From assembly GCF_009914755.1 (NCBI RefSeq), contig NC_060939.1: a DNA stretch of 64,000 nt; one strand, 5' to 3'. The notes below the pieces were generated by a model that was given only the letters and a program-made list of their open reading frames with translations, was not told the DNA's origin and searched no databases. The translations under genes were made by a program, and so were the position numbers. Position 1 is the stretch's first letter. Each line of letters opens with the position of its first letter. Positions 16,401 through 28,500 of the stretch are shown here, piece by piece. This DNA is from the human T2T-CHM13v2.0 reference genome, Homo sapiens.

Positions 16401-16636
16401 CATGGGTCAATTAGAGCTTCAAAGGGCCTCTCTGACCACGGTTCCTTCTCCTTTAGCCTCCACTCTCACCGATTCAATCCTCATTCAGTTGATAGAAATT
16501 TGAATGTCTGATAAGATTTCTCCCACCTTACACATGAGGCATTGGCATTACCAAATATATTGGCTTAATTCTGAGAGTATTTTGTTAGAATTTCAACCTT
16601 TGTAAATTCTTCTCTATCCCTTCTCTCTGTTCTCAG

Positions 16637-17027
16637 AGCATAACCTTCGGTGGCAGGACAAATCAGGCCAGCACGCAGTCTGCCAAGTCCTGCTCGCTCC
16701 CTGTCAAGAAAAACAGCTGGATCCATTTCTAATCAACACTTCCCAACGCAACACTTCTGAGTCTCTGAAGGAGACCAGAGCTTGAAACTTTCCAGACTTC
16801 CAACAGACATCGAGTGCAAAAGGATATTTAGGTTGTCTTTGCACAAATCTGGTTGATTTGAGAGATAAAGGGGGGGGGAACCAGTGTGACTTTCACCTAA
16901 GAAGTCACATGAACATATTTCACATTTGAACTACATAATGAATGATGGTTATTGAAATAGCCCAAACCTCTACCACAGAGCGAGGGATATAGCTCAAGAG
17001 GCAACCAGGCAGTCGCAGAACCAAGGA
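16637..17027 (+). other. SV2B: 5'UTR portion of first coding exon (exon 2)
   Basis: Long pyrimidine tract ttctctatcccttctctctgttctcAG ends at 16636; 391 nt to the ATG; repeat-free sequence. Confidence 0.85.
16909..16992 (+). promoter_or_regulatory. Cluster of three uORFs in SV2B 5'UTR
   Basis: 16909-16929 MNIFHI*; 16938-16955 MNDGY*; 16942-16992 MMVIEIAQTSTTERGI*. Confidence 0.7.
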
Positions 17028-17478
17028 ATGGATGACTACAAGTATCAGGACAATTATGGGGGCTATGCTCCCAGTGATGGCTATTACCGCGGCAATGAGT
17101 CCAACCCAGAAGAAGATGCACAGAGTGATGTCACCGAAGGCCATGATGAGGAAGACGAGATCTATGAGGGCGAGTACCAGGGTATCCCTCACCCAGATGA
17201 TGTCAAGGCCAAGCAGGCCAAGATGGCGCCCTCCAGAATGGACAGCCTTCGGGGCCAGACAGACCTGATGGCTGAGAGGCTGGAAGATGAGGAGCAGTTG
17301 GCCCACCAGTACGAGACCATCATGGATGAGTGTGGCCATGGCCGCTTCCAGTGGATCCTCTTTTTCGTCTTGGGTTTGGCCCTGATGGCCGATGGGGTGG
17401 AAGTGTTCGTGGTGAGTTTTGCCCTGCCCAGTGCAGAGAAGGACATGTGTCTGTCCAGTTCCAAAAAAGGAATGCTAG
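17028..17478 (+). CDS. SV2B: SV2B exon 2 coding part, aa 1-151: acidic cytoplasmic N-terminus and TM1
   Basis: Strong Kozak context ggaATGg; SV2-family motif SDVTEGHDEEDEIYEGEYQG; GHGRFQW and hydrophobic TM1; donor CTAG|gtaagt, phase 1. Confidence 0.98.
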
Positions 17479-18607
17479 GTAAGTGGAAATTTCCAATGAT
17501 CCCTCCAATGAAAGGGAAGGAGAAGTAAAATTTATCTAGTATCTGTCACTATTAGGCACTTTAAATATATCACAATGTACCCATTTTGCTGTGAAGGAAT
17601 TTTTGTCTTAGAGAAATCAATTGATTGACTTAAGTTTGCACAGCTAATAAGTATTGGAGCTTAGGTTTCTATTGAGGTCTATCTGACTTCTGAGCTCTTA
17701 GTTTGCTTTCCAGATCTTGTTGCCTCCTTGAGAGTCAGATTTCTTTCTTCTTCATGTTAAACCTTCTTCGATGTCCAAATGACAGATACATTTTGGGAGT
17801 GGCAAATGTGGGAGTGGCAAATTAAACCTTCTTCCATGTCCAAATGACAAATACATTTGGGAAGAGATCTCTGGCTGGTCTCTTCCACTTGGTCCTTCTC
17901 TCTGTGTCTTTCCAGAGTCCGATGGTGTCTGTTCCTGGTTTCTCATGTACATAAATGTTAGTAGGCTGAATGCCCACATACCCTGGGGATGAATGGTGGG
18001 CTTAAGCACACCCGTGGAGTCCCTGCAGGCTGTTGGGAACCATGCTGTGAAGCACAGATGGATTCTGCAGGATAGAGGACCAGCTTTGCAAATCAATTAA
18101 GAGATCAGCACCATCAGAGCCAAGCATCAGCATCAGGCTGAGGCAGAGAGGATTTGTGAAATTAGAGAGACGGTGTGCACGAATGGTGTGATGTAGAAAA
18201 GATTCATCATCATATGGACAAGCATTTGTCTTTAGTCACCAAATGTCCTGAAAAATGTATCTACCCTCTAAATTTAGAGTCTATGAAATTAATTGTGCAG
18301 CAAACATGTAGTTATGAGAACTAACTATAAGTCAAATTCTCATTCAAGACCAGGACATGCTTATGACCCTCAAGAGCTCAAAATCTATCTAGCAATTCAG
18401 CTCCTTCATTCAACAAATATCTTTTATTGGTTTACCTTATGCTAGACTCTGTGCTCAGGATCTGGGAAGAAAATAGCTTTTGTCTCTCAAATAATTTGCA
18501 TGTAGTTGAACAAACAGACATTAACAAACACAGAGAATTATTTGGTTACTGTAGGGACAGTCTCTATGAAATACCTGGTGCGATTCAGGTCCCCGATACT
18601 TGCTATA

Positions 18608-18831
18608 GAGCAAGAGCTAGCAAACAGTTCTGTAAAGACCCAGATAGTAAATATTGTAGACCTTGCAGACCCAGATGGTCTCTGTCACAATCACTCAACT
18701 CTGTCACTGTAGCACAATAGCAGCTTTGAACAACACGTAAACAAATGGGCTGTGTTCCAATTAGACTTTATTTACAAAAAAATGGTCAGTGGGCCAGATT
18801 TAGCCTGCGGGCTGCAGTTTGCAATCCCCTG
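18608..18831. mobile_element. MER58A
   Basis: ctgtaaagacccagatagtaaatatt...gggccagatttagcctgcgggctgcagtttgcaatcccctg. Confidence 0.8.
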
Positions 18832-20239
18832 ATTTAGGGCCACTGTAAATAAAATTGAGATATAAAATAAAGAACCTCTGCATAAAAAATTGTCCCTGGG
18901 GGCTCTTAAAAATGGTTTTACACGTTTGTGTTTAACTAAAGGGCCATTTGAAATGATTAGAACTGTGTCAGATATAACCCTGAGGGCACCAAAAGAGACA
19001 GAGTATATGCAAACAGAAGAAAGGGCTTGAGAAGCAAAGATATCACCTGGAGTTTTTAAACACCAACATAATTTTAGTGTAGTTCTTTTTCATATTAAAA
19101 AATTCTGCTACCTGCTTTTAAGTATAAATAGTAGATTTTTTTTTCAAAGGACAAAACCAAGCAACCAACAAACAACCAACAAAAACCAAAGACCCCAAAC
19201 AAAACAAAACCATCTCCAACTGATGTAAACATTTCTGAGACATTAATTTGTTTTGCAGTATTCCCAACTGAAACCCTGGGTCCCTGTGAGTCCAAATTGG
19301 CAATGTCGGTAATGATTTCATGGCCTGCTGGTCTCTCTGGCACCGTGGTGCCTGGCAGCCTCATTAACAGGGCTGCAGTATGGTTGCAGCTCTTGCTGGC
19401 TCCTAGGGCAAATGCTGGGAGTTGCGGGAACATGGTCTTAATCTGAGAGTCCAGGTTTTTGTAATTTTGCTTTTAGTGTCTGCCCAGAAGATGCAGTGAC
19501 TCCACCCAAGTGGAGAAGGCAGACCCTCTGAACATAGATGGACTTCCTATGCACTCGTGGGAACCTCTTTGTGGTCAAGAAAATGAGTGTCTAAATGGAT
19601 CCAGGGGGCTGGATGATTTGAGGATTTCATGAGGCCAGAATTTCCACACGCTGTCACATGGAATCTTCAGAGTCACCATGTCGGTTAGATGATCTTTGTC
19701 CTTCAGTGTGAACATGCAGAAACAGATTCAGAGAGTTTTATCTAAGGTCACATAGCTCGTAAGTGTTGAGCAGGGGTTTGACCGAAGGTCTATTTGACTT
19801 CAAAGTCTATGCCCATTCTGCCACACCATACTGCCTTTCTCTCACGCCTCGTTTGTGGGAAGGAGGTCATGCCGTGCACAGGCTGCTCTCTGTGTCATCA
19901 AGCACCTCATAGATTACTTGGAACACCAGACTGCTTCCAACAGAAAGGGAACATGGTATGCTGATAATGATGTGGGCACTGGAGTCCAACCTCTAGGGTT
20001 TGGCGACTGGGTACGTCCTACATGTCATCGATCTGCTAGTGACCTTGGGCAAGTTATGACTCCTCTAATTCTCGGTGTTTCCATCTGTAGAATAAGAGTA
20101 GTAATGCAGTGCTGTGAGGACTAAATGAGATAATGCAGGTGTAAAGCAACCAGCGCTTGTTGCCCTCTCAACAATGATTAGTTCTCGTTACTTTATATTC
20201 TGCCATTCTCCCATCGGGCATTTGCAGTGAACTATAGCT

Positions 20240-20495
20240 GCAGTGAGATGACGAAGCAATGTGGCCCTGGAGCCAGTTGCTTGGATTTGAATCCTTGCTG
20301 TGCCAGTTCTTAGTAGTGTGGTTTTGGGAAAGTTGCCTGGCTTCTCTGTGCCTTGGTTTCCTTGTTTGCAAAATGGAGATAATAATAGTATCTACTTCAT
20401 AGGATTATTCTGAGGACTAAATAAGGTTAATCCATTTAACATGACTAAAACAGTACCTGCCCCTAATCAGTGCTCAAGATATCTTAGTTATTATT
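20240..20495 (+). mobile_element. MIR
   Basis: ctctgtgccttggtttccttgtttgcaaaatggagataataatagta. Confidence 0.75.
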
Positions 20496-20719
20496 ATTGT
20501 CGATTGTGGTTGTTCTTATTACTAAACTGATTGCTTGATAATGACTCAGGAACAGATTTTCTCAGGTGAGACTGCAAATTTCTTTCAGCCAATGTTTTTT
20601 ATGGTAGACTTCTAAGGTCAAGCTATCCTGCCTCAGCTGGCGAAAAGGCTGTTTATGTTTGAGTGCTGCTAACTCAGTTCTGTCTTTCCCCATCCTCTCT
20701 CTGTTTTAAAAAGAAACTC

Positions 20720-21064
<345 letters not shown>

Positions 21065-21976
21065 TTACTCTTGACTCCTACTTGATGGCCCAGGAAAGGA
21101 ATTCAGTAAGAGAAATCTCCACTCCCAAATTCAAGTGTCAAATCATAGGATATTTTGTTATTTTTTTCCTGGAAATGAATGAATCCATTTGGAAAATAAA
21201 GAAATATCCCTTGGCCAGGTGACAAAAATATCTGGGTGCTGCTGTCCTATTTTTCTGAGCTTTTAGAAAGATGAATGTTTGCTTCTCTTGAGCGTTATGT
21301 TTTATTGGATCTTCATCTAGAACTGTCTCACTTGGGGAAGAAAAAGATCTGTGAGTATATTGTTAACATTGAAGGCTCAACCCTGCTTAGTGTCCAGGAG
21401 TTGGTCTCCTTCAACTCTCAATGAAGAAGGCATTCATTTGTTAATTAAACTCTTCACCCATTCTTTTAAAAAATGTTTGAACATTACCACACGCCTGGTA
21501 CTCCTCTGGTTTATAGCAATACAAGGAGACAAAGTCCTGGCACTCAATGAGTTTTATTCTAATGGTGGAAATAGAGGTCACACAGAGATGTTAAACACAA
21601 ACACCACGACATAATCATGCAATGCAACATTCAGCCTTATCACTTTTATTCAGATAGGAAGGAAACAAAGACAGTGTGAAGGGATAGAGCTTGAGGTTGA
21701 TGGGCTGGGGGGCGTTCTGGAGTTAGGTGATTTGTTTTTGCAATTGCTCTATTAATGATTGTGTGACCTTGGGCCAATCTGAAGTCTTTCTTCTGAGATT
21801 CCACAGTTTTTGGTGGTTGATGAGTGAATCCACATGTATTTTAACCTTTCATGGGATAATTATGCATTTTCTGGGTATGTAAAAAAAAAATCACCCGAAG
21901 AAATGATTAAACTTAGGAAGCTCAGGGCTATGTGGCAAGGTAAGCCCTTTGGTTCTTACAAATGACATCACTGACA

Positions 21977-23436
21977 ACGGATTGCCATGTTTAGGAGTGC
22001 GGACTTGATTCCACTGGTAGTGGAGAGCTGTTTAATGGGGAGCTATGAAATATGCCGTTGAGGAAGGAGGTGATAAGATGGGGCCTGTGGTTTAGGGTGA
22101 TCACTCTGCCCCAGTGATTTTGGTACTGAGAGTGCTTCTAGAGGAGCAGAATTTTGAGGATGAGTTTTCTGAATTGGTTCTGGGGTTTCTGGAATTGGCT
22201 TTCTAATCTGATTAGATTTAAAGATACTTTATTTTTTGAGTGTGGGAGCCTTGTCTCCCTGGAGCTATTACTATTAAATGGCAAAAACTGCAATTACTTT
22301 TGCACCAACCTATAGGATGACAATATTGGCGACACGTAAGGCAAACCAACCCCATCCTTTTCTGCCTGCATTTGATAAATTGACACCAATTTTTCACAAC
22401 TGCAAATAAGCACCTCCACCTGGAACTGTGGGCTATTCCCTACCTTCATGCCTATAATAGTGAGCTTCACTTTCAGGCAAGAGTTCCGTGTTTTGCCTGC
22501 AGAGTTTTCATTTCTTGGAAGGATCCAGTGACTTGTGTATTTTATTGGCTGTTAGTTTCTTGCCGTCTGCAGTGAAAAGACTCTGGGAGTTATACCTTTC
22601 AGAAAGTGATTTAGAATCTAACAGTTGACCCCTGGGGCATGGTGTCTGTGCCAGCCATACGGAGGACACAGAGCAATGTCAGATGGGGCAGATTCATTAG
22701 AATAAATTGTGAGCTGAATTTTCATAGCAGCTCAGAGATAGATATATTACTCTGCTGTCGTGAAAGATTATCTTGTGATTGTTTTATATGCAAATTCTAG
22801 CCGAGCATCAGGGCATAATATTTGATTTATGAGCCGTGTTTTCTTTAGGCCTAAATTCATTGTCAGTTCCTGAAAGGAGGAGCCACTCTGTGTCTCAGAA
22901 GGGGGTGGCATGGAGGGGGGTCACTTCTGTGGCACAAAATATGTCCTCAGTGACCAAGTATTTACCTACTTACTCATGATGGTGAAATCCACCACTGGGA
23001 ATGTCCATGTATTTCTTTCTGTGTTTGATTTATATCAGTTGTTCTTATTTATACTGTTTAGATCATGTAATTCTTCAGGATAGACTGATTACTTGATGCT
23101 CTTGTGAGAACAAAAACCATCAGAAGAAATAGAATAGACTTAAAATGAAGGGCTCCCTTAGCAGACGTACACGGATTGCTGTGTTTAGGAGTGTGGAGTT
23201 GATTCCACCGGCAATGGAGAGCTGTTTAATGGGGAGCTATGAAATATGCCTTTGAGGAAGGAGGTGATAAGATGGGGCCTGTGGTTTAGGATGATCACTC
23301 TGCCCCAGTGATTTTGGTACTGAGAGTGCTTCTAGAGGAGCGGAATTTTGAGGATGAGTTGTCTGAATTGGTTCTGGGGTTTCTGGAATTGGCTTTCTAA
23401 TCTGATTAGATTTAAAGAGTTTATTGTTTGAGTGTG
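21977..23436 (+). repeat. Direct duplication of about 265 bp (21977-22244 and 23171-23436)
   Basis: Near-identical blocks offset by 1194 bp. Confidence 0.92.
22268..22313. mobile_element. MADE1 (Hsmar1 mariner MITE) half element
   Basis: aatggcaaaaactgcaattacttttgcaccaacct, the mariner TIR. Confidence 0.85.
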
Positions 23437-25850
23437 ACATATTGTTATAGCAGTAGTTCCTTTTGAATTTTTCACGTTTAAAATATAATTTCAACTTCTA
23501 TTTTAGATTCAGTGGGTACATGTGCAGGTTTGTTACATAGATATATTGTATGATGCTGAGGTTTGGGATACAAATGATCCCATCACCCAGATAGTGAGCA
23601 AAGAACCTAACTGTTTTTCAGTCCTTTCGCCTCTCCAGTAGTCCCCAGTGTCTATTATTCCCATCTGTATGTCACGAATACCCAATATTTAGCGCTCGCT
23701 TATAAGTGAGAACATGCAGTGTTTAGTTTTCTACTCCTGCATTAATTTGCTTAGAATTATGGCCTCCAGTTGCATCCATGTTGTTGTAAAGAACATATGA
23801 TTTTGTTCTTGTTTATGGCTGTGTAGTATTCCATGGTGTATATGCACCACCTTTTCTTTATCCAGTCCCCCGTTGATGGGCACTTATGTTGATTCGACGT
23901 TAAAGACCCTTTTGACTCTATTTCTAGGAGTAAAGAGAGCACTGATAGTCCATGTTGTGACGTGGCAATGAAGATACATAAAATATCACTAGATACATCT
24001 AATCAAATACTTATAATAGGCAAGAATCTGGGTGACCGAGTACATGATACCTTCAAACATTTTTGTGAAACTAATGAGTATAAAGACTTTGGCTGTTAGC
24101 ACTAATGTTACTGGACAAAGTGGGGGAAAGAAATGAATGAGCCCAAGGATTCAAATTCCCAGTTCAAATGCTGCATAAAGGATTTGAAAGCTTCTGTGTT
24201 TCCCTTGAAAGAGATCCTTATCTCCTGAGATTGCTGAAAACCAAACCCAGAATCTCATTCTGTGAGTGGCTGAATTACAGTGAAAATTGAATTCCCAGCC
24301 TTGCAGGGTGTCTTCTGTTAAAGTGAGAACATTGACTGGGAAGGAATGAGATCCTGAAAGTCAGCATGGGGATGTGTGGGAAGACTGATGAAATTGGGAA
24401 CACTGAGCCCCTACATTCTGATGAGTCTTCTTTGCCATTATAAGCATCCTCTCTGCCCCCCATTCAGAGGAGATGAACTTTGCATTGACTGAGGAGTCTG
24501 TAATTGCCTCTCCTGAGGCAGTTGCCTTGCAAGACTTGCTGATTCTCATCAGGACCCAACCCCTCCACCCCTCTTTGCTTCTAGACCTGTAACTAGAGTC
24601 AAGTCCCATCAGGCCTCTAAAGGTGAGGCACAACGTGTGGACCATGAAGAGGTGGTTACACTCCAAAAGAATGACTTGATTTTTCTGGGAAGTATATGTA
24701 GGAATGGATATTAAGGGTGTGGGATACTGGTGGAAGAAACATAAAGTTGGGTCAGGCTAAATTTATTGATTTGGGCCCACTAAGCAGAAATTCTGCATTT
24801 AATGTTGCAGCTTGTAGGGCTGGAAAAAACTCTACTATTTGTTTCATTGGTTGGCTGAAATGTAGACCAAAATGTGGCCCATAGTAAATGAAGTCGAAAT
24901 GCCAGACCTATGTTGGTTTATGGTAGAGGAAGAGATTGAAAAGCCTAGGAATATTTGCATGTTAGAGCGGATTTTTCATTTCAGACTTACTCACCCTCAC
25001 TTGGAGGGTTCAGAGGACACATCTTTTACCATGACTATGTGAGTTTTTTGAGGGGATCCTCAGTGTTCTTAAAGAGATCTGTGATTACTGTGCTCTCTGG
25101 AACAGACCTTACAGTGTGGACTGTAGTCATGGAGTTGCAATACCTAAATGCAGTGGGAATAATTGGATCCCAGGGTGCAAGGGCCAAGTGGTGGCACTCA
25201 GTCACCAAAGGCAAGGGGAGTGTGGTTATTGTAGTGGACAGCAGAGGCAAAGCAGAAATCAGAACAGTCTGACCTATGTAGACCTGTGGTACTGGCTAGT
25301 TCATTGTGGCGTTTTTAGAAATGAAATAAATAGGAGGTCTACTAAACTCTTACTTGATCTGTATAAGAGTAAACTTCTAGGTCAAGTGAACAGAAGTCTC
25401 ATGAAATATAGAAACAGAGCATCATGGCTTCTTGGTCAATTCCCAGACTTGAGCCAGTTTACAGACCCAGAAACCCTTGAATGAAAGGGAGGCTGAATCT
25501 CCTTGAGGAGGGACCCCAGTACACTGCCAAAAATTTATACCATTAATCTTTCTCTCAGTGTTCCCCAAAGAGACCTGTGGGCTTTTACTAGGTGACTGTG
25601 CATTGGGGAAAGGAAAATAGTCAGACCTTTTGAAGATACTTGGTCTGAACTGACACTAATTCCAAGAGACTGAAAACGTCACTGTGGCCCATCAGTCAGA
25701 GTAGGAGCTTATGGTGGTTAGGTGATCAATGGAGTTTTAGCTCAGGTCCATCTCACAGCGGGTCCTCAAGCTTGTTCTGTGGTTTTCCCCCCAGTTCAGG
25801 AATGCATAATTAGAAGAGACATCCTGAGCAACTAGCAGAATCACCACATT
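23310..25850 (+). mobile_element. ERVL internal region remnant (PBS-gag-protease), interrupted by an L1
   Basis: Starts gattttggtactgagagtg (tRNA-Leu-type PBS); decayed gag; protease-like sequence tctgaactgacactaattcca...cactgtggcccatcagtcagagtaggagcttatggtgg near 25640-25720. Confidence 0.85.
23480..23897 (-). mobile_element. Old L1PA/L1PB 3' end nested in ERVL
   Basis: ggtacatgtgcaggtttgttacata...ttataagtgagaacatgcagtgtttag. Confidence 0.88.
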
Positions 25851-27419
25851 GGTGAAGAAAGGATCATTGAGGAGAGAGACTGGAGGTGGGAGAACCCATA
25901 GAATGTTATTGGAGAAAGAAATATGCAATTCCTAAACTAGTCTTTAGAGGTAATAGTAGAAGCCATTTGAGTGTTTTGAAAAATTGAGGTTTTTATGTAG
26001 GCCTTAAAGACATTTCTGCTATAAGCACCATTATTTTCTTGTACAGTTTATGCAAGGAAGAAAACCCTTCTTAACATCAAGAGATTTACATCTTTACACA
26101 GTGGGCTGCGTTTATTATAATACAGTCGGTGAATTCATAGTCAGAGGGTTGACTATTACAAAGCTTATGAGTAAATTCACTTTTCTGTAACTAACACACA
26201 ATGAATAGAAATAAGTTTTTCTACAGTCAACCAACCAACCACCTAGCCAGTCAACCAAAAAGCAAGCTCCGTACTCTCAAGATTAAGAGCAATTTCACAA
26301 TTAAACCACCGGGGGTTAAAAAAAAAATCTCTCGAGGAGAAGTTCTTGCACACAAAACACTCATTTTATCATGTGAGATACAGATTCAGTATGGATTTAG
26401 CTTTGAATGTGACACTTTCCCCACTTGTCTACTGCTATTTTTTGTGCCTTTCAGCTTATTCCAACATCAGAGGAGAGAGCCTACTACCAGTCTCAAAAGC
26501 ACTTGTGTCAACAACTTTAAATTATTAACTCCTTGTTGAAACTTACAGTTTCTGAGTTATTGGATTTTGATCAAGATTTAATCAAAGATATGTGGAGCTT
26601 GTGTAGATTTTAGTTTTACTGGGAATAAACAGGAATGTCTGGAAAGAGAGGGAGATGCAGAGATAGAGACGGGGAGAGAGAGAAGACAGGGCAGTAGAGG
26701 ATGGTTCTTAGCTCCCAAGGATGTTGGGAAAATTAAATGCAATTACCCCTGCTAACTGCCGTAACTACTTTGCTCAGGATCTGCACACAGTAGGTGCTTA
26801 GTCAGTACTCATCCTGCTCCCCTGATCCAACTGCAAAACCTGATGTTTTAGCTTCTCAGTTGTTTCAACATTGATTAAAGCAAGGATGTCTCAGGACATT
26901 CTGTCCACTTTGCCTGCAGAATATCTCCCTTGGCAATGTCACCTTCAAAGACTTTAATGAGTTGTTTTTCCTCCACAGTTAAGTGCACCCTTCTGGAAGA
27001 CCTGGTAAATGAAAGATGTTTAGTAACTACCAATTTGCTAATTATCAGAATAAACATATGTTATTTATTTATTTGTATTGATTCACCTATATTTATGCTT
27101 ATATTTGCTTCCACAATGGAAAACTTCGCCAAGAACAAAAAAGACCCATAAGACCCTTGACCCACATGTTGGAAAATATGATCTTCCAGACCACAGAAAG
27201 CACAACAGAAATGAATGGGAGGAATTCTTAAGTAAACTGGCATATTTACTGAGAATGGAGGTGGAAGTTGCAGAGTTGGGAGTGGGCTGGAAATATATAA
27301 AACTCATTCCCTGTACAAGTATATGTAAGCTTTTGACCTTGGTGGCCCAATGAAGAGGGTTTAGAGATGGATCTTTTATAGAATCATAAAGGACTTTATT
27401 CTGGTTATCTATTATTACA

Positions 27420-27960
27420 TATCAAACAAGCAAGCAAACATATACTCCCCGTAGAACCAAAACCTCCATGCCATTTACTTTGCTTATAAATCTGCAGTCT
27501 GGGCAGACACCTGGCCCCTATTCCACTTGACATTACCTGGGGCAGCTGGAAGGTGGGGGCTGGAATCATCGGAGGGCTCACCCACACAAATATCTGGTAC
27601 CCAAACTGGAAGACGCAGATGGCTGGGGCTTCTTTTGAGCATCTCTCTCTATCTCCATACGATCTTTAAATGTGATCTTTCCAACATGGCAGCTCCAGGG
27701 TAGCTGGATTTTTTTTTTTAACCTGTTGGCTTGGAAAGAGATCTTGAGAGAGAAAGACAAGCAGAAGCCTTTTGTGACTTTGCCTCAGAAGTCAGGCATG
27801 TTATTTCCTTGAATTCTATTTGTTGAGATAGTAATAAAGACCAGTTCAATTTCAAAAAGAAGAAATAGACTCCATCTTCTAATGGAGGAAATGACAAGGT
27901 TCTGGAGAGCATGTGAAACCAGAAATATTGCTGAGCTATGTTTGTGCAGTATGGGCAGTT
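27420..27960 (-). mobile_element. Old MLT1-family LTR
   Basis: gggggctggaatcatc...cctcagaagtc...aatagactccatcttctaatggagg. Confidence 0.6.
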
Positions 27961-27997
27961 CCTGACTTTCTTTAGAATGAGTCCTCTGTGTGGCCCC

Positions 27998-28209
27998 TCT
28001 CAAAGTCATGCACTATTGACATGTTGGGCTGGACAATTCCATGTTCTGAGGGGCCGTCCTTTCCATTGTAGGATGCCTAGCAGCATCCCTAGCCTCCACT
28101 CACTAGATGCCTGTAGCACCCTGCTCCCAGTTGTGACAACCAGAAACGTCTCCAGGTATTGCTAAATGTCCCCTGGGGGGAAAAATCACTTCCAGTTGAC
28201 AACCACTGC
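27998..28209. mobile_element. MER20
   Basis: cactattgacatgttgggctggacaatt...gtgacaaccagaaacgtctccaggtattgctaaatgtcccctggggg. Confidence 0.85.
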
Positions 28210-28396
28210 ACTAGATGAATGTCCTTAATCCTAACTGCCCAATAGAATCACCTGAGGAGCTGCTGATAAAAAGCACAGGCTGTGCTCTGGAATAACTAAG
28301 CCAGAATGTCTATGGATGAGTCATGGGCATATACATTTTTTAATAGCTCCATAGTGACACTATTGTACAGCCAGAGTAGAGAACCACGTAGTTTAT

Positions 28397-28500
28397 ACAA
28401 AGACTGTGTATCAGTAGGAGCTGCTGAGATGTCAGGGTTTTTGCTTAAGACAAAGACTGTGTATCAGTAGGAGCTGCTGAGATGGCAGGGTTTTTGCTTA
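28397..28500. repeat. Tandem duplication, 53-bp period, 2 copies
   Basis: acaaagactgtgtatcagtaggagctgctgagatg(t/g)cagggtttttgctta twice. Confidence 0.93.

Noticed and set aside
16920-17464. Antisense ORFs over exon 2
   Set aside because: Shadow frames of the coding exon; no independent evidence.
18105-18122. REST/NRSE-like TCAGCACCAT (also TCAGCACC at about 29436)
   Set aside because: Only the left half-site; the GGACAG right half is absent.
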